Source: Planctomycetota bacterium (lineage in GTDB: Bacteria > Planctomycetota > PUPC01 > DSUN01). From it: a stretch of 64,000 nucleotides of DNA. Below the pieces are notes generated by a model. The model searched no databases. It saw nothing but the letters and a program-made list of their open reading frames with translations, and had not been told where the DNA came from. The stretch spans positions 49,388-113,387 of the forward strand of contig DATKZY010000187.1 in NCBI GenBank assembly GCA_035527715.1, read 5' to 3'. A program made the translations under genes and the position numbers. This document shows, one piece after another, positions 59,816 to 64,000 of this stretch (positions within the stretch are counted from its first letter, which is position 1; each line of letters opens with the position of its first letter).

Positions 59816-62800
59816 ATGTCCCCCACGGAGAAGCCGATGCTTCGTGCCTGTCTCGCCTGCGTGCTTGCGATGGCGGCGTTCGCCGCGGAGGCGGCCGCCC
59901 CTCGACGCGCTCGGGGCGCCGTGAGCCTGCCGAGCGCCGCCGACCCCGCGTACTACGTGAAGAAGGCCACGTGGCAGGAAACGATGCTGGCCTCGCGCGA
60001 GGCCCTGGCCACGGCCCAGGCCGAGGCGCCCAAGGAGTCGGCCTTCAAGCCCTATGTGACAGGCGTCATTCGCGGCGGCCAGCCCGCTCAGCAGATTTCC
60101 CTCGATGTGTCCACGCTCGACCAGCTCTGGCTCCTGGCCGACGTGGGCGACGACAACTACGATTCCGACCAGGCCATCTGGGGCGAGCCCACGCTCGTCG
60201 CCAGGGACGGCACCAGGGTGCCCCTCACCACGCTCAAGCCCGTCTCGGTCAAGGTCGGCTGGGGCAACCTGATCGTCAACAACAACCACACCAAGGCTGG
60301 CCTCCGCATCGCCAACAAGAAGTACGAGCATGGCTTCTGGGCCCACGCCCCGAGCGCCCTGTGCTTCGCTCTGGGCAAGAAATACGTGAGGTTCGAGGCC
60401 TGGGCCGGCATTGACGCGACGGCGACCTCGCACGGCTCGGTGAGGTTCCACGTGCTCGACAAGGCCGGCCGCACGAGCGACCTCGATGCCCTCTGGTCGC
60501 TCGTGGGCCGCGACTTTCCCAACGCCAGCCGCGAGATGCAGTGGGAGCGCCAGGACCGCATCTGGGACGACGATTGGCGGCCTGGCGACCTCGCCATGCT
60601 CGGCGCCCGCTACGCGAAGTGCGCGGCGACCCGAGCCAAATCCATGGCCGCCGAGGCCCAGAAGCTTGCGCCCGCTGTGGCCGATGCCGTGGCCCTTCAG
60701 AAGGTGCGCGAGCTGTACTACCGCGCGCACACCATCGAGGAGAACCTGGCGAAGCTGGGCGACCTGAAGTTCGAGCCCCTCCGCCTCGCCCTCGCCGACC
60801 TCATCGAGACCCACGGCGACACGTATCCCAAGGGCCGCGAGTTTCTCCAGCGCCTCGACGCACTCGAGAAGTCGGCCTCGGCCGACGACAAGGCGGCGGA
60901 CCCCGAGCGCAAGGCGAAACTCGTCGAAGAGTTCGAGTCACTCAAGCGCGAGGCGCTGCTCGCCAATCCGCTGCTCTCGTTCGACAAGCTGCTTGTCGTG
61001 CGCCGCAGCGCGCGCAACCTCGCCCTGCCCGCCAACTGGCAGGGCAACTCGTGCCTGCCCCGCAGCGGACTCGACAACGAGATCGCCATCCTCTCGCTCC
61101 GCGCTGTGGGCGGGGCGTCCCTGCCCCGCGTCCAGACCCTCTACAAGCCCGAGGGCGGCAGGTTCGTGGGCGATGTGGACCTGCATTTCGATGCCGACCG
61201 CCTGCTCTTCTCCTCGCTCGACGCGAAGAACAAATGGCAGGTCTTCGAGATGACGCTCAAACCTCCCGCGGGTTCGCAACCCGCGGGAGGTTATCCCATC
61301 CGCCAGCTCACCGGCGAGCAGCCCGACGTGGACAGCTACGACGCCTGCTACCTGCCCGACGGCCGCATCATGTTCTGCTCGACCGCGCCCTTCGTCGGCG
61401 TGCCCTGCGTCTTCGGCTCCTCGCACGTCGCCATGCTCTACCGCATGGACGCCGACGGCAAGAACATCCGCCAGCTCTGCTTCGAGCAGGACCACGACTG
61501 GTGCCCCGCCGTGCTCAATAACGGCCGCGTGCTCTACCTCCGCTGGGAGTACACCGACACGCCGCACTCGCAGACCCGCATCCTCTTCCACATGAACCCC
61601 GACGGCACCGAGCAGATGGAGTACTACGGCAGCAACTCGTACTGGCCGAACGGCGTCTTCTACGCCCGCCCGATCCCCAATCACCCGACAAAGGTCGCGG
61701 GCATCGTGACCGGCCACCACGGCGTGCGGCGGATGGGCGAGCTGGTGATCTTCGACCCCGGCAAGGGGCGCCACGAAGCATCGGGCGCCATCCAGCGCAT
61801 CCCCGAGCGCGGCAAGGAGGTCGAGCCAATCATCCGCGACGGCCTGGTCAACGCCTCCTGGCCGAAGTTCCTCCACCCCTATCCCCTCAGCGACAAGTAT
61901 TTCCTCGTCGCCTGCCAGCCCACGGCGAAGTCACTCTGGGGCCTCTACCTGGTGGACACGTTTGACAACATGCTCCTCCTGCACGAGGAGCCGGGCTACG
62001 CAATCCTCGAGCCCGTGCCGCTCCAGAAGACCCTCAAGCCGCCCGTCATCCCCGACAAGGCCGACCCGAAGCGCAAGGACGCCGTGGTGTACATGGTGGA
62101 CGTCTACCAGGGCGACGGCCTGAAGGGCGTGCCGCGCGGCACGGTGAAGAAGCTGCGCATCTTCTCCTACCATTTCGCCTACCACGGCATGGGCGGCCTG
62201 CTCGGCGTGGTGGGCATGGACGGCCCGTGGGACCCGAAGCGGATCGTGGGCACGGTGCCCGTCGAGAGCGACGGGTCGGCGCTCTTCCGCGTGCCGGCCA
62301 ACACGCCCATCTCCATTCAGCCGCTCGATGCCGAGGGCAAGGCGCTTCAGCTCATGCGAAGCTGGATGACCGCCATGCCCGGCGAGGTGCTCTCGTGCGT
62401 CGGCTGCCACGAGCGGCAGAACAGCTCGCCGCCCGCGAGGCAAACGCTCGCCCAGGCCAGGCCGCCCGCCGAGATCGAGCCCTGGCGCGGCCCCGCACGC
62501 GCCTTCAGCTATCCCCGCGAGGTCCAGCCGGTCATTGACAAGTATTGCATTGGCTGCCACAACGGTGAGAAGCGGCCCGATGGCAAGGTGGCCGCCGACC
62601 TCCGCGGCGACAAGCGCCTCGCCGACTTCAGGCTCGTCACGCCCGGCAACGGCGGCGGCAACGCAGGCCGCTTCTCCGTCGGATACGGCGAGCTCCACCG
62701 CTACGTCCGCCGCAACGGCATCGAGGGCGACTACCACCTGCTCACGCCCCTGGAGTTCCACGCCGACACCACGGAGCTCGTCCAGCTCCTCCAGAAGGGC

Positions 62801-64000
62801 CACTACGGCGTGAAGCTCGACGCCGAGGCCTGGGACCGCTTGGTCACCTGGATTGACCTCAACACCCCCTACTATGGCACCTGGACCGACATGGGCCACA
62901 ACCCTGGCAAACAGCGCGAGCGGCGCCTCGAGCTGGCCCGGCTCTACGCCAACCTCGACACCGACCCCGAAGCCGACGCCGGTCAGCCCCCCGCCAAGCT
63001 CCAGGACCCGACCCCCCCTCCCCTTCCCTCTGCCGTACCCGAACACCGAACACCGAACACCGATGGCCCGGCTTTGGCCGGCTGGCCCTTCGACAAGGCC
63101 GAGGCCCAGCGTCGCCAGGCCGCCTTGGGTGTGGCGACGCGCTCGGTCGAGCTCGCGCCCGGGGTCAAGCTCGACCTCGTCCTCATCCCCGCCGGCGAGT
63201 TCCTCATGGGCGACCCCAGCGGCTCGCCCGACGAGCAGCCCGTCCACCGCGTCAAGATCGAGCGGCCCTTCTGGATGGGCCGCTGCGAGGTCTCCAACGA
63301 GCAGTTCGCCTGCCACGATTCCGCCCACGATAGCCGCGTGGAGGACAAGAATACCTACCAGTTCGGCGTCCACGGCTACCCCTGCAACGAGCCCAAGCAG
63401 CCCGTCGTCCGCCTCTCGTGGCACCAGGCCGTGGCTTTCTGCGAGTGGCTCTCGAAGAAGACCGGCGAGCACGTCACCCTGCCGACGGAGGCCCAATGGG
63501 AGTGGGCCTGTCGGGCAGGGACGGCCACGCCCTTCTGGTATGGTGGCCTCGACGCCGATTTCTCGAAGTGCGCCAACATGAGCGACGCCAAGATGCGCGA
63601 GTTCGCCAGCAACCCCTACACCATCTGGCAGCCCCAGCCCAACGCCACGAAGTACGACGACTGGATTCCCAAGGACACCCGCTTCAACGACGGCTATCTC
63701 GTGGCTGCCCCCATCGGCACCTACCAGCCCAACCCCTGGGGCCTCGCCGACATGCACGGCAACATGGCCGAATGGACCCGCTCACCCCATCGCCCCTACC
63801 CGTCCGACGGTTCGGTCACGCGTCACGCGTCACGCGTCACTGAACCCGCTGCGGCCACGCGCTACGTCGTCCGCGGCGGCTCCTGGCGCGATCGTCCCTA
63901 CCGCTGCACCTCCGCCTATCGCCTCGCCTACCCCGCCTTCCAGCGCCCCTACAACGTCACCTTCCGCATCGTGTCCGAGGGCCTCGTCAAGACCGCGGCG
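59816..64000 (+). CDS. Large secreted multidomain protein, 3'-truncated at the window end: signal peptide, NPCBM-like carbohydrate-binding domain, beta-propeller-like middle, two CXXCH motifs, C-terminal FGE-sulfatase (SUMF1/formylglycine-generating-enzyme-like) domain
   Basis: I translated this by hand from 59816 and found no stop to 64000; GC3 is high throughout. The NPCBM-like part is VKVGWGNLIVNNNHTKAGLRIANKKYEHGFWAHAPSALCF...GSVRFHVLD. CVGCHE and CIGCHN are the CXXCH motifs. FGE motifs include RVKIERPFWMGRCEVSN...HQAVAFCEWLS...RGGSWRDRP. It contains a family-B hairpin at 61262..61290 and a GTCACGC array at 63815..63842. Confidence 0.75.
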   Translation, partial: MSPTEKPMLRACLACVLAMAAFAAEAAAPRRARGAVSLPSAADPAYYVKKATWQETMLASREALATAQAEAPKESAFKPYVTGVIRGGQPAQQISLDVSTLDQLWLLADVGDDNYDSDQAIWGEPTLVARDGTRVPLTTLKPVSVKVGWGNLIVNNNHTKAGLRIANKKYEHGFWAHAPSALCFALGKKYVRFEAWAGIDATATSHGSVRFHVLDKAGRTSDLDALWSLVGRDFPNASREMQWERQDRIWDDDWRPGDLAMLGARYAKCAATRAKSMAAEAQKLAPAVADAVALQKVRELYYRAHTIEENLAKLGDLKFEPLRLALADLIETHGDTYPKGREFLQRLDALEKSASADDKAADPERKAKLVEEFESLKREALLANPLLSFDKLLVVRRSARNLALPANWQGNSCLPRSGLDNEIAILSLRAVGGASLPRVQTLYKPEGGRFVGDVDLHFDADRLLFSSLDAKNKWQVFEMTLKPPAGSQPAGGYPIRQLTGEQPDVDSYDACYLPDGRIMFCSTAPFVGVPCVFGSSHVAMLYRMDADGKNIRQLCFEQDHDWCPAVLNNGRVLYLRWEYTDTPHSQTRILFHMNPDGTEQMEYYGSNSYWPNGVFYARPIPNHPTKVAGIVTGHHGVRRMGELVIFDPGKGRHEASGAIQRIPERGKEVEPIIRDGLVNASWPKFLHPYPLSDKYFLVACQPTAKSLWGLYLVDTFDNMLLLHEEPGYAILEPVPLQKTLKPPVIPDKADPKRKDAVVYMVDVYQGDGLKGVPRGTVKKLRIFSYHFAYHGMGGLLGVVGMDGPWDPKRIVGTVPVESDGSALFRVPANTPISIQPLDAEGKALQLMRSWMTAMPGEVLSCVGCHERQNSSPPARQTLAQARPPAEIEPWRGPARAFSYPREVQPVIDKYCIGCHNGEKRPDGKVAADLRGDKRLADFRLVTPGNGGGNAGRFSVGYGELHRYVRRNGIEGDYHLLTPLEFHADTTELVQLLQKGHYGVKLDAEAWDRLVTWIDLNTPYYGTWTDMGHNPGKQRERRLELARLYANLDTDPEADAGQPPAKLQDPTPPPLPSAVPEHRTPNTDGPALAGWPFDKAEAQRRQAALGVATRSVELAPGVKLDLVLIPAGEFLMGDPSGSPDEQPVHRVKIERPFWMGRCEVSNEQFACHDSAHDSRVEDKNTYQFGVHGYPCNEPKQPVVRLSWHQAVAFCEWLSKKTGEHVTLPTEAQWEWACRAGTATPFWYGGLDADFSKCANMSDAKMREFASNPYTIWQPQPNATKYDDWIPKDTRFNDGYLVAAPIGTYQPNPWGLADMHGNMAEWTRSPHRPYPSDGSVTRHASRVTEPAAATRYVVRGGSWRDRPYRCTSAYRLAYPAFQRPYNVTFRIVSEGLVKTAA
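61262..61290. repeat. Palindromic element family B, second copy: CCTCCCGCGGGTT-cgc-AACCCGCGGGAGG, in-frame within a CDS
   Basis: A 13-bp perfect stem, identical to 33158..33186 except for one compensatory pair (A-T becomes G-C). It encodes KPPAGSQPAGGYP. Confidence 0.75.
63815..63842. repeat. Heptanucleotide array GTCACGC x3 + GTCACTG, in-frame in the FGE-domain gene
   Basis: It encodes SVTRHASRVTEP. The same array occurs at 38187. Confidence 0.8.

Noticed and set aside
1395-63842. Heptamer tandem arrays as a CRISPR array
   Set aside because: The units are 7 nt with no unique spacers. The arrays are short (3-7 units) and dispersed, and there are no cas genes.

Overview
This 64-kb window is about 70% GC. 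From roughly 1575 to 50725 it is one nearly unbroken plus-strand array of cell-envelope glycoconjugate and exopolysaccharide biosynthesis genes, many joined by ATGA or TGATG overlaps that suggest translational coupling.

The array contains:
- Four GT-C (GT39/ArnT-like) membrane glycosyltransferases, one of them a 5' partial on the minus strand.
- A DPM1/ArnC-like polyprenol-phosphate GT2 and a UbiA-family DPPR-synthase-like prenyltransferase.
- A Wzx-type flippase, an O-antigen-ligase-like protein, and several GT2 and GT4 enzymes.
- Seven polysaccharide-deacetylase (NodB/CE4-like) paralogs.
- Two FemAB-like GNATs plus one small GNAT, and four SAM methyltransferases.
- A SPASM radical SAM, two tandem B12-binding radical SAM paralogs and an ATP-grasp enzyme.
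- A terminal exosortase module: a TIGR03006-like deacetylase, an exosortase with the YSHG and ACSG motifs, EpsI, a PilZ protein and a polyprenyl-phosphate sugar transferase.

The 3' third of the window carries:
- A minus-strand TIR, double-zinc-ribbon, WD40 protein.
- A xylose-isomerase-like TIM-barrel gene and a secreted heparinase II/III-like protein.
- A DUF1559 prepilin-type protein.
- A 3'-truncated secreted giant protein with an NPCBM-like domain, two CXXCH motifs and an FGE-sulfatase domain.

The DUF1559, exosortase and TIM-barrel content suggests a Planctomycetota-like organism; this is inference only.

The most unusual signal is at the nucleotide level, in two forms:
- Several families of small, near-perfect palindromic elements sit in-frame inside coding sequences, reminiscent of Rickettsia palindromic elements.
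- A dispersed family of heptanucleotide tandem-repeat arrays occurs at at least ten loci. Several abut start or stop codons, and two arrays end exactly on the A of an ATG.

No rRNA, tRNA or CRISPR array was recognised. Most long minus-strand ORFs in the track look like antisense artefacts of the GC-rich plus-strand genes.
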